Assembly (NCBI GenBank): GCA_016866975.1
Contig: VGKP01000011.1
Span: forward strand, 1-30,162
DNA: 30,162 nt
Direction of reading: 5' to 3'
Source of the DNA: Candidatus Pacearchaeota archaeon
GTDB taxonomy: Archaea; Nanobdellota; Nanobdellia; Pacearchaeales; GW2011-AR1
Shown here piece after piece: positions 17,363-25,955 of the stretch (the stretch's first letter is position 1; every line of letters starts with the position of its first letter). The notes beneath the pieces were generated by a model. The model saw only the letters and a program-made list of their open reading frames with translations, ran no database searches and was not told where the DNA came from. The translations under genes and the position numbers were made by a program.

Positions 17363-18361
17363 ATGAAATTCAATCCAAAAGTAAGCTACATTTTAGGTAT
17401 ATTAAATGCAGAAAGAACTCTAGAAGAATGCCTTAAAGGTATTTACAAACAGAAATATCCACTGAAAAAGTTTGAAGTCATATTAGTTGACGGAGGTTCA
17501 AGTGATGGCACTCTCGATATAATTAAGGGATTTCAGAGAAAGTATGACAATATAAGGCTCCTTCATAACCCTAAGAAGTTATCAGAAGGGAAGGGCATGA
17601 GTAAAGATATGGGTGTCAAAGCAGCAAAACACGATATTCTCATTTTCTTAGATCATGATAATATAATCGTTGAATCTAATTGGCTGGAAAACATGCTAGA
17701 GCCATTCAAGGATAAAAAAATAATGGCTACACAATCGCTTCTTCAATCTCGCCCAGGAGATTCTCTTTTCCTTCACTATATCAATGGCGTAGGTGTTGAA
17801 GATCCCTTTGCCGTACCCTACTCTCTAGTATCTCAAGTCGTTCTGCATTCACAGCAATTTCCCCTAGAAAACAACGCATATTATACTTACACCGTCAAAG
17901 GCAACCCTCCACTCTTTGGTGGAGCAAACGGGGCAGCTTTCCGAAAATCAGTCTTCACAATCATTGGAGGATACACGCGTGACGTTGATATTTATGCAGC
18001 CATGGGGGATCAATTCATGAAAGTAGCAGTTCCTCTACACGGAAGAGTCTACCATCAAACTTCGTCCAGCATGGCCCTCTACTTAAAAAAGAAAGCAACT
18101 TACTACTATCGTTTCATCGCCAACGATGTTAGTTGGAAGCAGTATCGTTGGGTTCCCAAAGGTTTTCGCGGCAACATCAAGTTTTGGCTCATGATCGCCT
18201 CCAATCTTTCGTTTATTACTCCTTTTCTTCTTTCTCTCAATCAAGCAATTAAAAGAAGGGAAGCCTTCTGGCTTCTTCACGCGCCTTTTCTATGGTACAT
18301 CACGATGATCTATGGCATCACCACACTCATTAAAATTAAGAATTTCTTCAGGTATGCCTAA
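17363..18361 (+). CDS. Glycosyltransferase family 2 with C-terminal membrane helices
   Basis: NAERTLEECL, VDGGSSDGT, FLDHDN (DxD). Abuts the asnB stop. Confidence 0.87.
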   Translation: MKFNPKVSYILGILNAERTLEECLKGIYKQKYPLKKFEVILVDGGSSDGTLDIIKGFQRKYDNIRLLHNPKKLSEGKGMSKDMGVKAAKHDILIFLDHDNIIVESNWLENMLEPFKDKKIMATQSLLQSRPGDSLFLHYINGVGVEDPFAVPYSLVSQVVLHSQQFPLENNAYYTYTVKGNPPLFGGANGAAFRKSVFTIIGGYTRDVDIYAAMGDQFMKVAVPLHGRVYHQTSSSMALYLKKKATYYYRFIANDVSWKQYRWVPKGFRGNIKFWLMIASNLSFITPFLLSLNQAIKRREAFWLLHAPFLWYITMIYGITTLIKIKNFFRYA

Positions 18362-19024
18362 TCATTTCTTTCTTGCTTTCACTACAATATCCAGCCCATG
18401 TCTGTTTTTCTGGCCATAAGTTCTTTCAGCACTCTTTTTGAATGTCGCAAATGGCCTTTTTTGCCTTAATATATTCTTGAAAAAGAGATGCAAGTAAAGA
18501 TTTGCCAACAATGTCCAATTCTCAACAACATTCAAATCCTCTAAACGCAATCCTGCTTCCTCTAACCTTCGCGTAATCTTCGCATTAGAATAATGTCTCT
18601 TATGCTCAAAATAAAGTACAGGATTGATTATATGAAGAGGATGCATGTTCGGCACAGACACAATGAGAGTCCCTCCTTTCTTTAGATGAGGCATAATAAT
18701 TGACAATGCTTTTCTATCATCAACATGTTCCAAGACTTCTAGGATAATTATTGCATCAAAATATTCTCTCTTGAAAGGCAAGGGCTTATGTATATCTCCT
18801 TCGATAAGTCTTGTTTTTTTCAGGTATTTGGAAGCTTCATACAACTTCTTTTTGTCATAGTCAAGCGTCACAACTTCGCTCACTTTATTCTCAAGTTCAT
18901 GTTCAATCTCAGGGATATTCGAAATTCCTATATTGAGTATTTTCATATCCTTTTTAGGTTTTAGTAGACTTAGTATATAATTTGTTCTTGCCGAAATGTC
19001 CTTAACTTCTTTTTGCGATGTCAT
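18362..19024 (-). CDS. Class I SAM-dependent methyltransferase (Methyltransf_11-like)
   Basis: KILNIG, LDYD, GDI..PLPF…YFDAI..LEVLEHV, LKKGG.LIVSVPN. Start placed at ATG 19024 because the longer ORF runs deep into the upstream gene. Confidence 0.8.
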   Translation of the reverse strand: MTSQKEVKDISARTNYILSLLKPKKDMKILNIGISNIPEIEHELENKVSEVVTLDYDKKKLYEASKYLKKTRLIEGDIHKPLPFKREYFDAIIILEVLEHVDDRKALSIIMPHLKKGGTLIVSVPNMHPLHIINPVLYFEHKRHYSNAKITRRLEEAGLRLEDLNVVENWTLLANLYLHLFFKNILRQKRPFATFKKSAERTYGQKNRHGLDIVVKARKK

Positions 19025-19481
19025 TGAATAATCTTTTGAAATATTCTTGCAATTTAGAAAAGTTTCTTTTATCAATTTTCGCGACTTTCTTGTAAGAATT
19101 AAGTAATTCAGGAGTAAGTTCATCAATGTTCAAGACAGCTTTTATCCCAGTTCGTTCTTGCAAATAGATAGCAAATTCAACTTGATGGTCATTCAAGTGC
19201 TCATGGAATTTCTTCTGCCTAGGAACAGTAATTAAAGGTTTCTTATTAAATAAAACAAATTCTAAAAGTGAAGTTGCAGACTGACTAACCACTAGACGAG
19301 CTTTCTTGAAGTAAGGTTCAAGGGAATCAGCGAATTCAAACGACTCGCAATTCTTGGGAATATATTTCGTAAAACCTCTTTGAATCAATATTTTTTCCTT
19401 CACTTGCGGAGCAATCTCATCTATTCTCTTTATTAATCGTTCAAAAGATTCAGGATGTGTACCTACAGCTACAAAAATCAT
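19002..19481 (-). CDS. Alg13/PssE(CpsG)-like glycosyltransferase nucleotide-binding subunit
   Basis: MIFVAVGTH..SF.RLI..ID, IQRG, KPLI.VPR…EH.NDHQVEFA. Confidence 0.88.
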   Translation of the reverse strand: MIFVAVGTHPESFERLIKRIDEIAPQVKEKILIQRGFTKYIPKNCESFEFADSLEPYFKKARLVVSQSATSLLEFVLFNKKPLITVPRQKKFHEHLNDHQVEFAIYLQERTGIKAVLNIDELTPELLNSYKKVAKIDKRNFSKLQEYFKRLFNDIAKRS

Positions 19482-19975
19482 AAAATACCTCCCTCATATT
19501 TTGCTTTGTTGCCATATTTTGCAGCCATGCTCTGATGTTGCACAAGAAAAAGATGGGAAAGGTAGTAACAAGCACGCGCAGACCAATTAGGTGTTTTCAC
19601 GCGAATGACAGTATCAATAAAAACAGTGTATATTCCCAAAGAGCGCGCAGCGATGCATGCAGGAATAGAGATTTGTGCACCATTAGTTACAATACAATCA
19701 ATTTTCTCTTCTTTAAAGACCCGCCGTAATTGGAGAGTTTCCTGTATATAACGCCAAGGATATAATTGAAGGTGGTCCTTTGGAAAAAAATATGTTCTGA
19801 ATTTCTTCAGAAAACTTTTTTCTTTTACTTTATAACCTGATTTTACTTTCTGGTTTTCTGTAATAAAGATTGCACCATATTTTCCCAATACTTTTTTTGT
19901 GAATAGAATGTGTATTTGCCCTGAGTGCCCCCCTTGGGAAGCTACAAATGCTATATTCATACTATCTTTATTCAT
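19478..19975 (-). CDS. Alg14/PssD(CpsF)-like glycosyltransferase subunit
   Basis: FVASQGGH, VTNGA.I.IP, FIDT..RV..P, FLVQ..M…Y…A.Y.GG. ATGA overlap with its partner; GAGAGGAG SD upstream. Confidence 0.88.
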   Translation of the reverse strand: MNKDSMNIAFVASQGGHSGQIHILFTKKVLGKYGAIFITENQKVKSGYKVKEKSFLKKFRTYFFPKDHLQLYPWRYIQETLQLRRVFKEEKIDCIVTNGAQISIPACIAARSLGIYTVFIDTVIRVKTPNWSARACYYLSHLFLVQHQSMAAKYGNKAKYEGGIL

Positions 19976-20131
19976 ATAGTTCTCCTCTCATGTCTGGAAT
20001 CGGAGAAAACCGCGTCATTTATGGGAAGGTAGCACATCGTGCTATTGATATTAGTATACTTTACCTTATAAAACGCAATTTGTCCTTGAAGATTTAATTC
20101 TAATTTGAATTCGAGGATGTTAACCATCGCT

Positions 20132-20920
20132 TTACAAGCGATGGTGGATTTTTAAGGCTTCTGGCATCACATCATATGCTCTGACAATGAAATTAAATGG
20201 GGAATTAAGCAGCCTCAGTCGGACTATGCTGGTGAACATCTGGAATGGAACCTTTAATACATTAAGTCTTGAGTTTTTCTGGTCTTCCCATATGGTGGGT
20301 ATTTCTCTGACTTTGAAACCTGCCTGTTTCAGTTTAAACAAGACTTCAATATCAAAAGACCATTGTGTAAGTCCAAGATGAGGGATTATCTTTACTAATG
20401 ACGCAGGAGTAAATATTTTTGCACCGCACTGCGTGTCCGTAAAGTGTAAAAAAAGTATTCCTCTGTTCAATATATTGAATCCTCTGCTTAGGATTCTTCT
20501 AAAAAACGTCTGAGGAGTCTTTACTGTGCTCCCCTTCATCCATCTGCTAGCTATAACTCCATCCCATCCTGGAAGGGCATTGATGAGGTCGAGATATGCT
20601 TGAGGAGGGGTAGAACTGTCCGCATCTACAAATCCTATCCCATCATAATCTCCTTTTAATGCTTTCTTAAATCCTTCAATGGTAGCATAGCCTTTTCCTC
20701 CCCTTATTAGGTCCAGATATTGGATATGCTTGTTTTTCTTCGCGAAGGCCTTCACTATGTCTATAGTCTTGTCTTTAGAGTTATTGACCACTACCAAGAG
20801 TGTGTATTTCAGTTCCCCTTTCTTCTCGATAGAATCAAAGAATGATGTGTAACTTTCAAGCGTAGGCCCAATCCTCTTCTCTTCATTATAGGCCGGTATT
20901 ATTATAGCAATTCTCTGCAT
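20132..20920 (-). CDS. GT2 polyprenyl-phosphate hexose synthase (ALG5/AglK-like)
   Basis: IIPAYNEEKRI, GKG.A..EG, FVDAD, ASR, DTQCGAK, W.FDIE, EIP..W.D…SRL. The start may instead be 20926. Confidence 0.88.
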   Translation of the reverse strand: MQRIAIIIPAYNEEKRIGPTLESYTSFFDSIEKKGELKYTLLVVVNNSKDKTIDIVKAFAKKNKHIQYLDLIRGGKGYATIEGFKKALKGDYDGIGFVDADSSTPPQAYLDLINALPGWDGVIASRWMKGSTVKTPQTFFRRILSRGFNILNRGILFLHFTDTQCGAKIFTPASLVKIIPHLGLTQWSFDIEVLFKLKQAGFKVREIPTIWEDQKNSRLNVLKVPFQMFTSIVRLRLLNSPFNFIVRAYDVMPEALKIHHRL

Positions 20921-21075
20921 TATCATTCTAGGTCAACTTGCTTTAAAACTTTGTGTATGATTACTCTTTAATATGATTTTCAATACATTATGAGCCAAAG
21001 TTCTTGATTTCCTCTTAGTTTGTGGCTTATAAGTTCGAGAACAACTTTTAAATATCGCTCTGGCATAGCCTCATA

Positions 21076-23001
21076 ATGGGATTTTATGAAAAATGGTTGG
21101 ATAAGGTATGGGGAATATTCTTCTCAAAAGACAGGACTAAGTTCTACCTTCTTTTGATAATCCTTTTGGGATTTGTGTTGCGTCTTGTCGGGGCTATTAA
21201 TCTTGGAGTATCTGCAGACGATATGCATTTTAGTGTACACGCCATAGAATTTCTAAGCTCAGGCAAGCTGGTCGTTTACGACCAGTCAGCATCTCTCTGG
21301 TATGCAGTTACAGATATATTCTATAATATTTTTGGTGCATCTCAATTAGGCTCAAGGATGGCTGCCTTGTTGTTCGGAAGCCTGTCAATAATCGCAATAT
21401 TCTTTCTAACTAGGGAATTCTCAGATACCAAGGCTGCCCTTGTAGCATCTCTATTGCTTGCAATATCACCTTTCCACATAAAATATACTGTGTCCGAGAT
21501 GGATGTCATGGCTATGTTTTTCGTTTTGATGAGCATGACTGTCTTTTTTAAGGCAATAAAGACTGGAAAGGCAATTCACTTTGCATCTAGCGGCATAGTT
21601 TTGGGGCTGGCATTGATGACAAAAGTATATACATTATTATTTGTGCCTGTATTAGTCGTATACGCATTATACCACAACAAGTCTATTAATAAGCAAGCAC
21701 TGACAAAGAGTCATCTCAAGCTCCTTACTATATTCATAATTTGTGCAGGCATATTTGCAATACCAAGCTTAACTCATAATTACCTTCTGTACAAAGAGAA
21801 AGGAATAATGGACCTAATATACACCAATGCGCTTGGCACAAAGGCAGGAGAGGGCAAAGGTATTATGGGTACAATCTTGTCCCCCATAATTGACACTGAA
21901 AAATTATTTTCTAATGGTGCCCCCCATTACTCTTGGGATACAGGCTTTGGTCACGGTGCTGATTGGCGTGGATTCTTTTTAGGCAATTCCATGCATTTGG
22001 GAGGTGATCCAAGACCATCTTCTATTTATGCATTCACATTTATCTGGAACAATGACCCTATAATCCTTCTAGCTGGCATATTGGGTATTATCTTTCTAGT
22101 GTACAGAAAACAGAAGGCGTATCCAATTCTTTCTATTTTAGTATTAGTATTGGTCTTTGCTTATCTGGCATCCCGTATCCTTCTTGCTAAGCATTATATA
22201 TTTCTACTTTTGTTATTCATTCCTCCAGCAGGCATCTTCTTGAGTGAGATGCACGGGTTAATATCAAAAAAGATAAGGGCATTTAGACTACGTTATATTA
22301 TCATGATCTTGTTATTATTTAGTTTATTCTGGTTAGGTTACAAAACACCATATGCCATGAGTCCATTTTACATTCAAAGCGAGGTGGGCCAACTTATGAA
22401 TTATAAGGAGCAATCAATTCCTGACAAAGCTTTTGTTTTTGCAGATTCCAGGATTTATAGAGGCCAAATACATTGGGCATTAAATGGTAAAACATACGCC
22501 GAGGCAGCCTATCTTCCTCAGATTGTAGAAGCCTCTCAGAAATCTGGGAGGGCAGTTCAGACTGAAACTTATTTTATAGAGTGCGCAGTAGATGATTGCG
22601 GATGGGGCACTATTAAGGACCAGCCACAATTTAATCAGAGCATGGAGAATATTGTCGAGATATTCAGCACACAGGGCAAACTACAAAAAGAAATTTTGAG
22701 CACTTCTTTCGAACCTTCTTATTTTCCAGGAATATCTAAACCAAAGACAGTTCATTTTAAGGTCTATAAGACAACCATCCCTATAGACCCTTCCATTTCA
22801 CACTCTTTGGATTCAAGCAAGGTTTGGTTCCTTTACCCAATAGGTTACGATGAAGACATAGCCATACCATTTGACAAATATTATGTAGATAATCCCTTAG
22901 ATAGCCTAATAGATCTTATCGCCCATGCCATACAATACCTAGCCATAATTCTTGCATTCATCACAGCCCTTTTAGCGGTGAAATGGCTCCTTGACGAGTA
23001 A
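21076..23001 (+). CDS. GT-C fold membrane glycosyltransferase (ArnT/PMT-like)
   Basis: SADDMHF acidic pair in loop 1, RMAALLFG, LAISPFHI.Y, many TM segments and a C-terminal domain with ECAVDDCGWG. Confidence 0.8.
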   Translation: MGFYEKWLDKVWGIFFSKDRTKFYLLLIILLGFVLRLVGAINLGVSADDMHFSVHAIEFLSSGKLVVYDQSASLWYAVTDIFYNIFGASQLGSRMAALLFGSLSIIAIFFLTREFSDTKAALVASLLLAISPFHIKYTVSEMDVMAMFFVLMSMTVFFKAIKTGKAIHFASSGIVLGLALMTKVYTLLFVPVLVVYALYHNKSINKQALTKSHLKLLTIFIICAGIFAIPSLTHNYLLYKEKGIMDLIYTNALGTKAGEGKGIMGTILSPIIDTEKLFSNGAPHYSWDTGFGHGADWRGFFLGNSMHLGGDPRPSSIYAFTFIWNNDPIILLAGILGIIFLVYRKQKAYPILSILVLVLVFAYLASRILLAKHYIFLLLLFIPPAGIFLSEMHGLISKKIRAFRLRYIIMILLLFSLFWLGYKTPYAMSPFYIQSEVGQLMNYKEQSIPDKAFVFADSRIYRGQIHWALNGKTYAEAAYLPQIVEASQKSGRAVQTETYFIECAVDDCGWGTIKDQPQFNQSMENIVEIFSTQGKLQKEILSTSFEPSYFPGISKPKTVHFKVYKTTIPIDPSISHSLDSSKVWFLYPIGYDEDIAIPFDKYYVDNPLDSLIDLIAHAIQYLAIILAFITALLAVKWLLDE

Positions 23002-23002
23002 A

Positions 23003-23710
23003 ATGAGACTTTCAATCTTGATTCCAGTATACAACGAAGAAAAAACAATCCTTGCAGTTCTTGAGAGGATAAAGAAGGTAGACCTTGGATTGGCAAAAGA
23101 GATTATCATAGTAAATGATGGGAGCAAAGATAATTCAGAGGAAATAATTAGATCTTTTCTTAAGAAGAACAAATCATCAAAAGGCACATCTTGGAAATTT
23201 TACTCCAAGGAGAATGGTGGTAAAGGCTCTGCAATTAAGATGGCTCTATCTCATGCAACAGGAGACCTTTCTATAATCCAAGATGCGGACTTGGAATATC
23301 TTCCAGAGGAAATAGAGACACTCATAGCAGAATACAATAAGAGAAAGTCTGAAGTGGTCTATGGTTCCAGGATACTTAAAAGAGATAATAAGGCCTCTTA
23401 TATCTTATATTACTTGGGCAATGTATTTCTAAGCTTTATGACCAGTATTTTATATGGCAGAGTCATAACTGATATGGAGACTTGTTACAAGCTTATCCCC
23501 ACAAAGATTTTCAGGGAACTTAAAATAACTAGGAACAATTTTGATCTTGAACCAGAGATTACTGCTAAGATATTGAGGAAAGGGTATAATATAAAAGAGA
23601 TACCTATAACTTACAATCCAAGATCTAAGACTGAAGGAAAGAAAATAAGCTGGAGAGACGGGTTCTCTGCTTTATGGGTTCTATTTAAGATAAGGATAAG
23701 CAGGGCTTAA
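23003..23710 (+). CDS. GT2 polyprenyl-phosphate hexose synthase (DPM1-like)
   Basis: SILIPVYNEE, VNDGSKD, NGGKGSA, IQDADLEY.P, YGSR, TDMETCYK, F..EPEIT, EGKKI.WRDG. ATG 23003 preferred over TTG 22991. Confidence 0.9.
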   Translation: MRLSILIPVYNEEKTILAVLERIKKVDLGLAKEIIIVNDGSKDNSEEIIRSFLKKNKSSKGTSWKFYSKENGGKGSAIKMALSHATGDLSIIQDADLEYLPEEIETLIAEYNKRKSEVVYGSRILKRDNKASYILYYLGNVFLSFMTSILYGRVITDMETCYKLIPTKIFRELKITRNNFDLEPEITAKILRKGYNIKEIPITYNPRSKTEGKKISWRDGFSALWVLFKIRISRA

Positions 23711-24945
23711 TTTTTTCTCTCTTCACTCAGGAAAGTCGTTGCCCACCAAAGAAAACATATATTTGCGGTAAGGAAAGCAAGAGAAAACTGTTGTAATGAA
23801 TGCGAGAACGTGAATAGCAGGACTATTTCCAATGCCAAGAATACGAGGGCAAATCCAGCGCCCTTAGTCATTCCTTTTGATAACTTGTATAATAATGTCA
23901 TATTTGTAAGGGATAGGACGCTGGTTCCCAATCCCAATATGAAGAGTATAGACTGAGATAATGGTGCACTCTTTCCTGAGGATAGCCATATTAGAAAGTC
24001 TGGAAAGAAATAGATGAATGTCAGGGCAGAAATTATACACAATAATAATAATATCAGCGCATTTTTGAATGTGCCAGGGTTTTTCTTTCTTCTCTCATCT
24101 TCAGCAGATAGTGGAAACATAGCTTTTCCTATAGGGTACGTGCCAAAGAATATTGTCTTAGCAAGAATAGCTGCAAGTGCATAATATCCTGCAGTCTCAG
24201 CGTCAAACACTATTTTTGCTATGAATATATCTAAACTATAGAATGCCAAAACTGTGAAAGTTATTATAAAAACAGGTAATGAATAACCTCTTATTCCTAC
24301 AGTCATTGCTTTTTTCTCTTTAGACTTTAATATCTTTCTTATATCCTTGTCGGCAAATGAGAGGAGCAACGCCATGACGACTCCCAGGGCACTCGCAGTC
24401 ATAGCACCGTATACTTTCCATCCCCACAATACAAGAGCCACAGCAAATCCCAACTTTACAACAGATTCTATCATCATGCTGACTCCAAGGGAAAGAAATC
24501 TCTGCCTTCCCTGCATCACTCCCCTTGTTATAGGTAGGAGGAAGGAAGTAAATATCATTACTCCAGTTATTGCAAAAAGTAAGTAGGGTATTTTTAGAAG
24601 AGGTGAGAGGAAGATAGACAAGATAAGATATAAAACGAAGAGCATAAAAGATACAGAAATAGCTTTCCTTCCAGAGCGCATTATTATATTCTTTAGCTTT
24701 CCAGGATCTTTTTCAGTTGATGTGTATTTAGTGATTATGGTCTGTATAGATTCTGTGAATATACCGAATATATAAATGACTGAAAATAAAGTAGCTACAA
24801 TACCATACTCTGCGACTGTAAGGAGATGCAGCATAGTGAAATGGAAAACATAATTCAGGGCGTTGAATATCCCGAATGTTATTAGAAGTATTATGCTTCC
24901 TTTTACTATCGGCCTCTTCATATGTTTCTTTACGTCAAAATTCAT
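23707..24945 (-). CDS. Oligosaccharide flippase (Wzx/MOP family)
   Basis: About 12 TM segments, L…EYGI…LFS, RGVMQG.Q.F..LG, AGYY..A…K..FF, FP. ATGA overlap with aglH. Confidence 0.82.
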   Translation of the reverse strand: MNFDVKKHMKRPIVKGSIILLITFGIFNALNYVFHFTMLHLLTVAEYGIVATLFSVIYIFGIFTESIQTIITKYTSTEKDPGKLKNIIMRSGRKAISVSFMLFVLYLILSIFLSPLLKIPYLLFAITGVMIFTSFLLPITRGVMQGRQRFLSLGVSMMIESVVKLGFAVALVLWGWKVYGAMTASALGVVMALLLSFADKDIRKILKSKEKKAMTVGIRGYSLPVFIITFTVLAFYSLDIFIAKIVFDAETAGYYALAAILAKTIFFGTYPIGKAMFPLSAEDERRKKNPGTFKNALILLLLCIISALTFIYFFPDFLIWLSSGKSAPLSQSILFILGLGTSVLSLTNMTLLYKLSKGMTKGAGFALVFLALEIVLLFTFSHSLQQFSLAFLTANICFLWWATTFLSEERKN

Positions 24946-25955
24946 GATATAAATATCCCGTCCTTAAATAACCAGAATCCAATTAATATTACTGCTAGTT
25001 GGAAGCACCATAATAGATAGACTACATTTTTTTCAGTAGAAGGAATATTAATGTTCTTCAATATTCTTATTGCAAAATGTTCAAGACCGTATATTTTATC
25101 ATAGGGCTCGTTCAATGTACCATCTTTCTGGGGCTTGCCAAATGAGTATTTTACAAGCTTTCCTCTAGATTTCAATACGGTTTCTATTATATACGGTATA
25201 AAGAAGAATATTGCTATCTTCTCAAAATTCCCCAAAATCGCCATAGTAGCTATCAGGCTGCCTATGGCATAAGTCATCACATCTCCTGGAAATACTTGGG
25301 CAGGGCAGAAATTGAATAGTAAAAATGCAAGAAGGGCAGCCACCATGCAGAAAGCTATCAAAGATAACCATGCAGCATTTGTGAATAAAGCCACAATACC
25401 TAATGCAGACAGGATAAGCACTCCTTGTCCGGCCTCAAGCCCATTATAGCCTGCTAGAAAATTATATGTCGAAGTAGCACCAACTACTCCTATTGGCACT
25501 AATATCAAAGAATACAATACTCCTATATTTACAGCTCCAAGAATAGGGATATTGATATCAGCTCTTCCGGCATTTATAGCAATTAATGGAACAGACACGA
25601 AGAGGAGCACGGCTAGCCTAGATTTCCTTGACAGGCCCCCAGATCTCCATCCAAGAAGGTCATCAATAAATCCTATTCCAGAGGCAAATACGACTACGAG
25701 AAGGAGTGCAAGTATGTCAGCAAGGTTATCTGTAGTAAAAAAGAATGTCTGATAAGCCACAAAAAACATTGCTCCGAATAGAAATCCTAGCATGACCATT
25801 ATTCCACCAGAGCCAGCCACTTTCCCTCTCTTTAGCTTATTCATGTCTTCCCATTCAAGATTTATTGAATGTGCCTTCTGTATCCATATTTTCAAAGAGA
25901 ACAAAGTTACCAGGAAACTTATCAACAAAGGTAATATAAGTATTAGATCTGCCAT
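24942..25955 (-). CDS. aglH: UDP-N-acetylhexosamine:polyprenyl-phosphate HexNAc-1-P transferase (MraY/GPT family, AglH/ALG7-like)
   Basis: GSGGI, GFIDD, NFLAGYNGLEAG, FPGD..TY. TAATG overlap with aglB. Confidence 0.88.
   Translation of the reverse strand: MADLILILPLLISFLVTLFSLKIWIQKAHSINLEWEDMNKLKRGKVAGSGGIMVMLGFLFGAMFFVAYQTFFFTTDNLADILALLLVVVFASGIGFIDDLLGWRSGGLSRKSRLAVLLFVSVPLIAINAGRADINIPILGAVNIGVLYSLILVPIGVVGATSTYNFLAGYNGLEAGQGVLILSALGIVALFTNAAWLSLIAFCMVAALLAFLLFNFCPAQVFPGDVMTYAIGSLIATMAILGNFEKIAIFFFIPYIIETVLKSRGKLVKYSFGKPQKDGTLNEPYDKIYGLEHFAIRILKNINIPSTEKNVVYLLWCFQLAVILIGFWLFKDGIFIS

Noticed and set aside
19025-19126. Longer N-terminus of the methyltransferase given by the ORF track
   Set aside because: It would overlap the Alg13-like gene by 125 bp; ATG 19024 gives a normal domain start.
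3806-23710. Convergent genes with overlapping or abutting stops (3806-3809, 18361/18362, 23707-23710) as antisense regulation
   Set aside because: Common in compact genomes; nothing here indicates function beyond tight packing.
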